DNA from: Lingula anatina
Lineage: Eukaryota > Animalia > Brachiopoda
DNA length: 64,000 bases
Assembly (NCBI GenBank): GCA_051362555.1
Contig: CM120649.1
Span: forward strand, 12,400,001 to 12,464,000
Direction: 5' to 3'
A program made the position numbers and the translations under genes. This document shows, in pieces, positions 52,192 to 64,000 of this stretch; within the stretch, counting starts at the first letter, position 1, and the number at the start of each line of letters is the position of its first letter. The notes beneath the pieces are model-generated. The model was not told the origin of the DNA and did not search any database. It saw only the letters and a program-made list of their open reading frames with translations.

Positions 52192-53770
52192 TGTCTTTGC
52201 AAAACTGAAGATCCTATTAACTGATGAAAGTATGGTAATTATTCCATCTTTTCAAAGGTGGCAAAATGTAAATTTTACAGACCCTGTATTTTTCGGTCAT
52301 AATTTCTTAATCTTTGTGAATTCCTACTGAATTCAAATTCAAACTCTGGTTTTCAAACTCAACAAAGGCCTATCCCCTCGAACAGCCAGTCTCTCGGTAG
52401 CAATAAATTAAAAAAGCTGGCTGCTCTTTAGTTCTACTCTATGCAGGAAAAGCACCACAAATACTGTACAGAAATACACTTTTTTTTTTCAATCATAAAA
52501 TGATGTTTCTGAAAGTTTGATAATTTTTGTCCACTGAAAAGATTGAGTAATTACTGTATATAGATCAGGATTGTCAACAGTGTGTCATTATTCTGCTGAT
52601 ATTGTAATCTGACCATTTAATTTTTTTTCTCTTTTTTTAACTTGGGGGGGGGGGGGGGGGGCAGCATTTATTTTTGATTTGCCTGTAACACTTGGTAGTT
52701 AAATAGAACTGTTTACTATATACTGTATGTACTATGCTATGTATTTGTGTACTATATGTCAAGCTGCATATCGCTATGCACATGAATATGAACAATAAAA
52801 TACTGCCTGGTGCATTGTCTCAGGCCCTTCATCATGGCTTGTCTTATTTATTCAGTGCCTGCTTCCTAAATTTGAAACAGTTTGTTGCCATCAAAAACCA
52901 GAAAAATATCTGATGGATGGCAAGAAATTGATTAACAATCTTATTTAGAAAACTAGTGAAACAAACTAGTGTCCCACTCTCATTCTCTTGTTGCAAATTT
53001 TTCCTTAAAACAGTAATTTTCAAAGAGTGTATATGTTTATCATAAATTTATTTACTGAAATAGTCACAAAACAGTCATTGGACCATTTGAGAAACTGCAG
53101 TTTTTTCCGTACACCCTAATTTTAGTGAGTAAATAAAGTACTGATATCATACACAAGATGTAATTTACTATCATTAAGCTGGGCAAACAAACTGTGAATT
53201 AAAACACCCATAATCATTAACTTCTATCTTCTATATACGTATATCAAATCAATCAATGAATAAAATTTTAGCTAAAGTTTTAGTTCCACACTCCTCTAAA
53301 CACGATCCTTTCCAATCCCAGACAACGGTCCCCCCAGACAAAGAAGAATTTGGGCGCTAAATATGGAGTCAATAAAATTAAGTTATACTTCTCATTTGGT
53401 AAATCCATATAAACGATATATAAGAACAAACTATCCATACTTGTTAAAAGAAACCCAAAGTTTCCGGAAAGTGGAATAAAATAAAGGGATATGTCTGAAG
53501 TTTTACTAAATTTTGGTCCCCATTGTTGAACGTAGGGCTTAGCCGAAGACGGCAGAAAATTTGTCGGCATCATTTCAAAACGGTCTAAATGCGTGCTTTA
53601 TCCTACATGTGAAAGCAAAATATATGAAAACTTAAACTTTGTAATCGACTTAAACTTATTTTCTATAGAATATGCAATATATTTACTTACAATTTCTGTT
53701 TTGAAACGACAAAGAGCGTTTACCGGTACGATCACCACATGGGCAGCATGCACAAGAGAATGATGCCAAC

Positions 53771-53782
53771 GGTAGATGGCGC
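53771..53782. promoter_or_regulatory. Conserved promoter motif GGTAGATGGCGC (copy 2)
   Basis: Identical 12-mer; a related AGGTGGCGC lies about 30 nt further upstream. Confidence 0.7.
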
Positions 53783-55746
53783 GACATGAGAAAATCGGCA
53801 CGAAAGGTGGCGCTGAGAGTCAAGATAAAATCGCTAAAGTAGTAAACTGACAACTTGTCAATAAAAAACAAATACATAAGTGCAATAAAGGCGCTGAGAA
53901 ATAGACATAACACTGATTATTTTTTAATATAAAATATGCTTTAAAGAGGCAAATTAACTTTACTAGAAAGTTGATCATCGCAAGTTTAGAATATTCTCAC
54001 ATCAGTTTCAGTCAGGAATTAAATTTTTTGCTAGTCGAAGCACACAGTACCCCTTTCATCAAAATAATGAAAAATTAATAGAAAGGCCCATTTTAAAGAA
54101 CGTGCTTAACATCAGTTTCAATCTTATTTGTACTGAGTTTGGGTTTTTAATACTTCAAGATTCAGATATCAGTTACTAGACCCTGCCCAGTTTGAGGTCC
54201 TTTTCATGGTAATTCAAATATTCTTTTCACGAAGTGTCACCTTTACTGAAATCACCATGTCTTTACTTCCACCGAAATCCCTATCATTTTAAAATCAAAC
54301 AAAAAGTAAAATTGATTTTCAAACAATTATTGCATAAAAAAATGAAGAACAGCATAAAGCTCCCAAATGTTTATTTCAATAAAAGAAAGATTACAATTAC
54401 ACCAAGTTTGTTGACTTGATTATGGAAATGACTCTCAAAACACTGACATACCAAAGAAGGCAAGAGACAATGACTTTGCTACCCTTTCTTTATAAACACT
54501 TATCACACATGAAAAATGAATGTACCAATATCAACTAAAGACTGCAAAATAATCATAATAATACTAAAACAATCCTTAAATATAAAACTTGGAAGTATAA
54601 TACAACTACCAAAAGAGTGAACAGCTTACTTTTCATTGTGATACAGATATTATACACACTTTCAAAGAACCATTCTTTGTGACTTGTTATACATTCATAT
54701 ACAAAACTATACACTCATTGTCTCGCATCTTATAGATTTTTATTATACTTTGCATTCAAGCTACAGTTATGTACAAAATATAAATGTCAGAACATCAGTC
54801 CAACTGCTGGAGTTATCCAAGTAACTTGCTTGATACAAAGCAACTTTAAAATAATGGACAACCCTCAGTGATCTATGAATGTACAAAAACTGATAAACAA
54901 AATAAAAGGACCACATGAAGTCGAGTCAACATTTCAATACTTCAGTCCACAGGCAAGTTCATTTCACATACTTTTTTTTTGTCTTGGGAGTCAATTTCAT
55001 ATGTTATTGTTCAAAGGACTGCACTTACAATTTCAACTGTGTAAAACCAAAGCATTTTTCCATAGCAATGCTCACGAGCAACACTTTTATCTGCAGGTAA
55101 AAAGGCATGGAATGCATGTAACCATTCACTCGGATAGAGTGGTCTTGAGGATGCCAAAATAAATTTGGGGTGGGGGGGGTGGGGGTGGTGCTGAATCAGT
55201 TCCTTTGAGATATACAGAAGTCTAAAAAAGTCACCAATGTTGTTAAGCAATCCATTCCCACTCTATGAAGGAGATATAAAACACGTTTTCAGCACTAGAT
55301 TTCTGATGGACTCCTCTGGCTGAACCAAGTCAAGAGTTTCACCAAAGAAATGCAAAAGAACACAGTTTCCCCCCTGTAGATACTAACCCAAGTATAGGTC
55401 TTCCATGCTGATAGAGGACTTGGGCGAATAAAAACTTTTAAAGGTGCAAAACTTCACAAAAGCACTCTGCAATCTGTGACGGCAAATGGTGGCGTGAGTA
55501 ACTCTTTGACACTTGTGAAAATGAGTCTGCATTTGGACGACGAAGACTGTGAACAGCACTTAGAGATGGCACCCCTCTGTCTCATCTCATAGTTAAACAA
55601 TGCTGTCTAAGAAAGTTGAAGGAAAAATACTCTTGGAAACTAAATTGTTCATGTATGACACCTGCAGTAAAGGTGCATAACTCAGTGTAAAGAGATGTTC
55701 TTTTTTACTCCTCTATTCTTCTTACACTGGAAATCACTGAACTGAG

Positions 55747-58700
55747 CTAGTACTGAAATGATACAAAAGTAAATCAAATTATAAACATATTCACATGGTT
55801 AAATGGTGACGGAGGCATAACTGAATGGGGACTAAGACATGATTAAATGGTGTAAATGACTGAACGTCTTTTAGTACAGGACCACCTTGAGAGGCATGAT
55901 TGAATGAAGACTAAGACATGATTAAATGGTGTTTATGACTTAATATCTTTAAAGTTCAGGACCACCTTGAGTTAATGTGGCAAAGGAAACCAAAGGGCCT
56001 CATGGAAACACTATATACTTTTTATTATCATTATTTCTGAAACCATAATTCAAAGAATGCCGTATGACAAGCACTTACAGGTTTGTTCCGACTGGATCCA
56101 CCATATCTCTGAAAGTGAAGAGAATCAAAAATGTACACAAAATAACACAAGGTAAAATTGGATGTTTATATGTTGCTTTGTAGAAACAGCTTCAATGCCA
56201 CTGACAGTTAATCATAAATCATTTTTCTTTTATAATACATACAGCTCCTCAAATAAATAATTAATCAATTATCATTCAAAAGAGTAATGATACAATGGTA
56301 AATGATCAATTACCTGGAAATCAAAACAACTAAATCAAACAGACAGGAAATCATTTACTATATACTTACATCTCTGCCATAGCCCCCGCCCCCACTGCCA
56401 TATCCGCCTCCACTGTATCCTCCACCACCGCCGCCACTGTATCCGCCACCACTTCGTCCACCATAGCCACCGCCACCACTCCTGTCGCCATAGCCACCAC
56501 CCCTGTCGTTGTAGCTGCCTCTGTCGCCATAGCCTCTGTCATAACCACCCCCACCATAGCTGCCACCACCACGACCTCTGTATCCTCCGCCACCGCCTCC
56601 ACGAAATCTGAAGAATACAAGTGTGATAAAAATGTGTGAAGAAAAAAACCAATTTGTCAGACTCGACTGGTGCTTGACATTTTTCCTTCTTTTGTTTTAT
56701 CAGGAATGGGTCACTGTCAATATTTAAAAATACAAAATTAAGAAATTAAATAAATTAAATACAGTTTTATAAGCAATCCTTAAAACACCAAATCAGAATA
56801 TCAGAAATACTCCATAACTTATTTGATTTTATTTACTCTTTATCACTGCTATTCTTACAATGTTCAATCTAATGTTTGCTATCTTCAGAAAACTTACCTT
56901 CCACCGCTGCGGCCACCACCGCGGCGATCCCCGCTCGATTTCACGGCATAGGCAACTTTGATCTGTCTGCCATCCAGGGTCTTAAAAAAAAGTTTTTACA
57001 TCAAAAATTGCATGACTGTTTGATACCAATGTATCCCAGTTACTTTAAACTTAAACACACCCAGAAGGGTCTTCAATTTATACTTCTTACTCCAGCTACT
57101 TTGCACTTTCATTATAAATTAATTGGAGTTTACAATATAAACACGTAATGCAAATCTAGTTGAGATGATTTCTATAATAATGATATATCTGTTATCATCT
57201 TCATACTAAAAGCTTGGCTTAATGCACCAAAGGATAATGTGTCTCTCCATCATATCCTTTAAATATAAAGAAATTCCGCAAAGTTGCAGCATTGAAGCCT
57301 TTTTATGGCTGAATGATTGGTTAATTTTTTTTTTGGCATGTGGACTTAACTCAAGTTGTGTAAGAAAATTGTAAAAGTAATTTACATGCGTCACAGAAAT
57401 GTACACAGCTTCACTTTTAGGCATCTTAAAATATATACATCAATACTGACAGCTTAATTTTCACTAACATTTGGATTAAATACAGTTAGCATTCTGGGCT
57501 TAAAAGTGTGGTTCGTATTATACTCACGGCTCCATCCATAGCCTTAATGGCCTCTGCACAGTCAGCAGGGTCGGCATACGTGACAAACCCATAGCCTCTG
57601 GACTTCTGGAATTCTCTGTCCCTGATCACCAAAACTGAAAGCAGAAATGGAAAAAATAAACATGGGCTCAGATAGTAACCGCACTGAGGGTTAAGATCAA
57701 CTTTGAAAGTAATGTGGAAGATTGGGGGTTTATGCATTTCGCTTGGGTCTTGCATTTTCTTTTTGCTACCCCCCCCCCCCCTCCCAATTTTTTTTCTTTC
57801 TTTTTTGCTAACTTACTTCATTAAAAAAAAAAAAAGGCATAACCCAAGCTTAATTATATCCCCACACCCATAACTTTCAAAGTTTTACACGTCGATGAAA
57901 GAACAAAACTGAAAATTTTCACATTTCTAAGGAAACCTGCACATGAAGTCTTTGGGAGGCCAAAATACAATGAGATCCTGTCACTTCTGCAGTGGGCAAC
58001 TGTGGCATTCTGAACTACTCACCCAAGAAAAATAACCCAGCATCATTGCACAGATAAATCAACTGTGCACCTACTCAAAACAAAGGTCTCTACATCTCTT
58101 TGTGTTGTGTGTAGGGTTGAAACAGTATAAAATGGACCCAGGGATCCTCTCGACCTCTGTACATGAAAAGCTTAGTAATGAACAAAAGAACAATACCACA
58201 GGCAGATGATTCTGATGTATTTGTTTTCTACATGTCCTCCTAGATGACATCTGGGGATTAGATGGAAGCTGCTTTTTTTAATACACAAGAAAGTTTGCGA
58301 CTGAATTCCTTTAAGAAAAAAGTGGTACTCTATTCACTGGCATACTTAGGCAAAAGGAACAGTAATGCCATCCAGTACACGCGTGATCTGCCTTCCTTGC
58401 ATGTGGTGGCATGGTGGTATGTTGTAATGCTCATGTAGATTCCATAAAATAAAGATGCCCACAGATAAGCGGAGGCGTATGGATATGTTTTGAAGGTTAT
58501 GACTGGGAAACAATACCAAAATGCACATGGAGATCCATTGTCACAGTCCAATGTCAATCCTATATCAGGTCAAAGAAGACAATTGCATTTTTTCCTCTTT
58601 CTATAAATATGCAAGAGGTAAAATCATAAGATGATATTTTGGATAAAAAATCTTCAATATGTAATCGAGAATGACATGCAACAGGCTCCCTCGTGAAGAT

Positions 58701-59429
58701 ATAAATAAAGTCAACATGAATCAAGGCATTTTTCGTGGTTAGAAAACAAAACTGCTATGAGAATAATTCATGCAAACGGCCAATGCCATGTATCCTATAA
58801 GCACAAGTTGGGATCCAGAGACATTTTTTTTTCCTTTTTGGCAAACACATGATTTCTCACTTCCTGTGTAAAATTTCATCGTTTTCCAGTAAATGATTGA
58901 ACTGCACAGTGAAACATGTTCCTTGCTGATTTTGGAGACATTATTCGGAGAGAAATAAGAGGAAATTAAGTCTCTGTCTGATCGCAACCTTTATGATCTC
59001 ATGGACACCTGTAGCTATGGAGTAAGTGCTTGAATTTTTTTCAAAATATTTCAGCAAAATATGGAATGAACAAATACTCAGATTCAATTCAGAGACCTAC
59101 TTTCAAACACCAAAGAAAGCAAACTTTGGGGGTCTGTACAAAATGTTCGAAGAACAGTAAGAATTTGGATAAAATCATGACTTTTCTTTCTTTTTTTTAA
59201 GAGAGAGAGACAAAACAGAGTCATCAAACTTGCTTCAATCCTTTGAAATTCTATTGAAAAATGGAGCAATTTTTGCTTTTTCTAATAATATCTGTAGTAG
59301 ATCTATACACCGCCATAGAATACCTTCAGCCACTCTTCCATAAAGTTTAAATTGCTCTTCAAGGGAGTTCTCGTCTGTATTATAGCTGAGACTCCCCACG
59401 TAGATCTTTCCGTCTTGGGACGAATCCAT
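55747..59429 (-). CDS. CIRBP/RBM3-like glycine-rich RNA-binding protein, copy 3
   Basis: Exons: 59324-59429 MDSSQDGKIYVGSLSY; 57528-57634 (107 nt, RGYGFVTY); 56898-56980 TLDGRQIKVAYA; 56370-56607 RGG/YGDR tail; micro-exon 56079-56108 RYGGSSRNKP; 55747-55752 Y*. Non-coding exon 1 ends at 60287. Confidence 0.9.
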
Positions 59430-60379
59430 TTTCCCCAGTAAGAGGCGATGTACTGTAGTGCAGTATCTATCAGTCCAAGAGAAATCTGGTGTTCAGAATC
59501 AAGAGAAGTCGGCAATTAAAAAGCATGGTTCATCATCATCATAATCAATATTTGTTCATTTTCAATTCTGAGACACCAGAGCTATAGGACTGGGGGGGGG
59601 GGGGGGGGGGGGATACAAACCTTGTCGATCCAATGGAAAAGACCCTTTTTTTTCCTGTCAAAGATAATGGGCACTACATTGGCATTTACATCTGAGAGAA
59701 TTCACTTTTCAAACATTCATGGTCTGGACTGAATTTTTTCCCAATATTTCGGGATATCTGTTTCAGGGATATTTCATAATTTTCACATTTTCCCACTCCC
59801 CAAATTTGTAATTAGGACTGTATTCATCATCCAATTGTGTCTAAGAAAAATTTATTGTATCCAGACCTTGTGGTTTTATCCAGCACAAATATCAGAATCT
59901 CCAGTCTCTAGATTAAAATGAATTGCCAACTGTCTGCACGTGGATAGGGCCATTATTGTCTCGGTCTAAATACGCTGTTGCTTTTGTTCGCTGATAGCAA
60001 CTCCTTTTACATAATCATCCCCTGTCTTCCCTATAACCAAAAACTTTTGCAAGAGAAAGAGCACAAATGATTTCAATTCTCTCCGAGTTTGCATTCAGTG
60101 CACGTTTTCAAATACAAGTGCGGCCATTTTGTTAATTTTCAGGAGCATCCGCCCTGCAAATTTCATTTCACTTTTTCAGTAAGTCAGCTGTCGCGACGTG
60201 CGCTAAACATAAACAAGTGCCCTTCATTAAACAGTTTTTGATCTGTCAAAAATAAGATCCCTCTAAAACTTGAGATTCATACTTACAAAAATTAAAACAG
60301 AGACAAAGATTTCGGACCTTGTGCCTCGCCTTTGTCTTGCCGCAAGCTTTCTCGCACGTACGCCAACGGAGCATACGTC

Positions 60380-60391
60380 GGTAGATGGCGC
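60380..60391. promoter_or_regulatory. Conserved promoter motif GGTAGATGGCGC (copy 3)
   Basis: Identical 12-mer upstream of the exon-1 donor at 60287. Confidence 0.7.
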
Positions 60392-61045
60392 TTAATTAAT
60401 TTCGGATAAAAAATAGGGGGAGCCCGTGTAGCTTGAAATGCAAGACAAGCTAAAAACCAGTGAGGAATGTTGCTTCAGCAGCTTTCAGTTACTGGTTTTT
60501 AGCTTGGTATTTGTTATACACGTGTACGTTTCTTTTTTCTTTTTGGAAAATAAATCAAATCTTGTTGGGGATTTGGAGAACAGAGGGCACATGTTTCAAA
60601 GAATTTCAAGTCATGAACAAATTCAAGCAGCATGTTAGACCAAACCCAAGAAATGAAAATAAGTTCACTTTATTTAAACCAGTTGAAAATAATATCAATT
60701 CTGCTTCTTTGGAAGTTAGACAAACAGTATACCAGTACATGGACAAATAACAATTATCATAAACTACAAATCATAAAAGATACACAAAGTTTATCCTCAT
60801 TTCTAGTTTGTTTTTATAATTAATAAAAATGCTTTCTAATTTGAACTATTAATGGAGTGTATTAGTACCTTATCATCAAAATAACAAATAATTACAATAA
60901 TACAGAAAAATAATAAGAAAATATAGACTTTGAAATGTCACATGTTCCTCACATAAGTTATAATGTACCTTTTTTAGCACCCGTCACTTGAAAGTCATTA
61001 AGCAAATTCACTTGAAGAAAACAGTTCACAAGAATCCTTCAAACT

Positions 61046-61076
<31 letters not shown>

Positions 61077-62760
61077 GCAAATTGCACCACATACAATATG
61101 ACTACTGTACACTATTTCCAGAGGTTTTTCCATCAAGCTCCATTGCATGACATTTTCAAACTAATTGTATTCACTCACTGTCCCATTTTCAAATTTATTG
61201 ATACCTAGAGAAAATTGTTACTTTTTTCCCATCCACACACATTGCACTGAAGTAACTGATAGACCTTAAGAGCTGTTACTTTCGTCTATCAATCAGTTGT
61301 GTTGATAAAACAATTAAACTGTTAAGCTGCTGACAATTAAATAAACTGAGAAATAAGTTACAATTATACTGGTATATTAATATAAATTAAGCTATTAAAC
61401 TTGGTCAACAAATGTAATACCATGACTAAATGAATAACACTCTTTGTTCCCCAAAAATGCACTGTTCATATATGTTACCGTGTTGTGATTAAGTTTACAA
61501 AAGTTTTGCAAAACTGACAATACCGAAAAAATGCACATTTATCAAATTGCGTAACATCTTCAACGTTAAAGGGAGTAAAAAAAAAAAAAGCATTTCAGTA
61601 AAACTTGACAAGGCTGTTTGAACAAAAGAAATGAAAACTTTTCATATTAAATTTTATGAGACAGATAGTAACAAAGAGACAAACATGTTTATTTCAGGAT
61701 TTACTTGTCATCATGAACCCCACTGCACATCGCTTAAAACTCACATTTCAATTTAAGTTAAGCTTATTTTTCATTACTCTGCAAATACATAAACAAGTAA
61801 ATAAATACAAATTAATTAAAAATAACTGACTATATACAAAGCAGATGACTTTCTTATAAAATTGCATTATTTTCACTGAATGTGGAGGAATGTGAACATT
61901 TTTCTTAACTCCTTTCCTACAACTCTTCCTAACAACTAGGGATAAGAGTAAAAAATGCTTAAATTCAAAGTGTGTCTTAATCAAATGTTATGAAAATACA
62001 TGTTCAGGTCTTTTAACAACGTGCGCATGACATATTTAAAACTAAGATTCGGTCCTTTGACTTAAAAAAAAAAAAAAAAAAGATTTACAAAAATAATTTT
62101 GGTCTTTTTTCAGACATGCCAAATGAAAGCATCTTCTGGAAAAAAAAATGTTGCACAAAGAGATTATCTAAGGAAAATCTATCTGTCTGGGAAAATACAA
62201 ATGGCTTACCGAAAAAAAAGTAAAAAAGAAATTCGGATCTTGATCAAAAATGTTATCCATATCATATCAAGGAAAAAGTTATAATGTTGCAAGATGTGCT
62301 GCAAGACGTTGATTCAGTGACATTATACATACATGACATGGAACAACAACATCCAAACTAACTGGTGCTGTATTGCTTTTATCCCAACTTGTCTAAAACT
62401 TTATCTAAATCTAAATTCAACAAGGTCACAGTCAAGATCCACTGGAATCTTGCCACCTTTTTTTCCCCCCGTTAAATTAAAATCTTATTTCCAATCTGAA
62501 TCAAAGCACTGGCAAATTGCCACAAATGTATGATACATTTTTTCTATTACTGGCTAAAGTTAAACAAGCTTAATGAACCAATGTTTGGTCTAAAAAAATT
62601 TAACTAAGAACAGAGAGAGAGAGAAAATAAAAGAGAGAGAGAGAGAGAAAGAGAGAGCAAAATATCTGTGTTAACTGTCATAAATCTATACTACAACAGT
62701 TGGTGATATATAGTCTCTGGGTAGATATATGTTCTGTCGACCCTGTCACTGGTATCTTGG

Positions 62761-63367
62761 CTAATACTAAAATGAAAAAAAAAAAAAAGAAAGAAAAAGC
62801 AATAGGTCAAAGTTGGTCATGTAAATTTTGAAGTCCCCGGATGGATGGAAGAATCACAACACAAGTTACTAATTTTATAAAACTTACAAAAGTAAAAACA
62901 TCTTGGCAGAAGATAAGCATACCAACAATTTGAGTAGTTTTAGATCTCATTACTTGTCCTTCCTTAATTATTGTACTTCTGGACTTCAGTTAAACTAACA
63001 TTTTTAAATCCTAACATAAATCTGAACAAGTTCAAACATAAAAATAATCATGCTATATATTTCCCATCAGTTTATATATATATATATGCCCAGCCAACTA
63101 CAATTTAAAAGTAAAACATATCCACTTCAACTACAAAAATATTTTATTAAATTTGATAATTAAAAGCTTCAAGTAATTACCTGATAGCCCTGCTGCTGCC
63201 CATATCCACCCCCACCATAGGCATTTCCATATCCACCTTGTCCTCCATATCCGCCTTGTCCACCTCCATATCCGCCATAACCACCACTGCTGTATCCTCT
63301 ATCTCCACCTCCGTAGCCTCCATATCCGCCGCGGTTATAGCCACCACCGTAACCACCACCTCTTCCA
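62761..63367 (-). CDS. CIRBP/RBM3-like protein, copy 4 (3' part only; RRM exons lie beyond the window)
   Basis: Exon 63181-63367 GRGGGYGGGYNRGGYGG...YGQQQGYQ with the same phase-2 acceptor as copies 1-3, then terminal exon TAT TAG at 62761-62766. Long AT-rich 3'UTR to AATAAA near 60670. Confidence 0.8.
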
Positions 63368-64000
63368 CTGAAATTTGTAATTATATCAGTAGTATGTCAG
63401 ATAAACAAAAATGTTAAAATTGTGAAATCTGTTGAAAGAACCCAACATTATTTAAATCTCACTTAAGAGAGTAAATTTATAAATTTGCCAAGGGAATAAA
63501 ATTTTAGAAAAAATCTCAAAATTTAACAGCACACAAATACACCTGAAAAAATCATGCTCAACCAATATGATGTCATTTCGTTTATTCTAACCCAAAGACA
63601 TGCTGAAACTGTTCATCCTACTGGCCAAGACAAAAAAAAAAAAAAAAAAAAAAATGTTCAAAGATCAGTACAAAATCATGCCCAGTCAGTCGACAAGGCC
63701 AGAAATACATGTAAAAGCCAGCATTGTGAATTCACAGTAAAGAACCATGATGAAAAGTCAATATGGCAAATTATTGTAAGAAATTTTCCACATTCACAAT
63801 AAAAGTTGATCCACAGATCAAATATGGCTGAAAGTTTACAGCCTAATCCCGGCGGTGAATCTCTTGAGTGTCTATTAAGGGATTATGCAGAAAGCTTTCA
63901 AGTGGGATGGCCATATTTGACCCGCGGATCTGTTAGGCCATGGATTAACTTGTTCTGAATGTGCCTCAAGTCCAACTTTATTTCCAGCTGTTTCTTAAAG

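Noticed and set aside
59470-59542. Box C/D snoRNA-like pattern (ATGATGA...CTGA...CTGA, minus) with partial complementarity to 18S AATCAAGAACGAAAGTC
   Set aside because: Contiguous complementarity is only about 8 nt, the C box is part of an (ATG)n run, there is no convincing terminal stem, and the region is probably 5'UTR. A snoscan/Infernal run would settle it.

Overview
AT-rich, intron-rich animal DNA, lophotrochozoan and probably mollusc-like by protein style (the taxon is an inference). From left to right the window holds: (1) a 27-coding-exon cohesin subunit SA/STAG gene on the minus strand, head-to-head with (2) a CDC20/fizzy gene on the plus strand, the two sharing a <180-bp bidirectional promoter with E2F, CCAAT and CHR-like motifs; (3) two tandem 4-exon cytosolic ferritin genes (minus); and (4) a tandem array of at least four CIRBP/RBM3-like RRM + Gly/Tyr-rich genes (minus; the fourth runs off the right edge). 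Introns carry a TTAA-flanked Kolobok-type element, a deleted Harbinger element, Helentron-like elements, MITEs and satellites. The most notable signal is in the ferritins. Both have lost the ferroxidase centre through the same substitutions seen in vertebrate L-chain (E27 lost, E62K, Q141E, Y137F, bulky 144, gained E57), both share a His-His-Glu motif in helix D, and each carries a differently broken IRE. The CIRBP-like paralogs differ in micro-exon-encoded C-termini (one builds a PY-NLS across a splice junction) and in candidate uORF-creating 5'UTR splicing. Short diverged duplicates of exon edges, including splice sites, recur about seven times. All exon coordinates were read by eye and may be off by a few bases.
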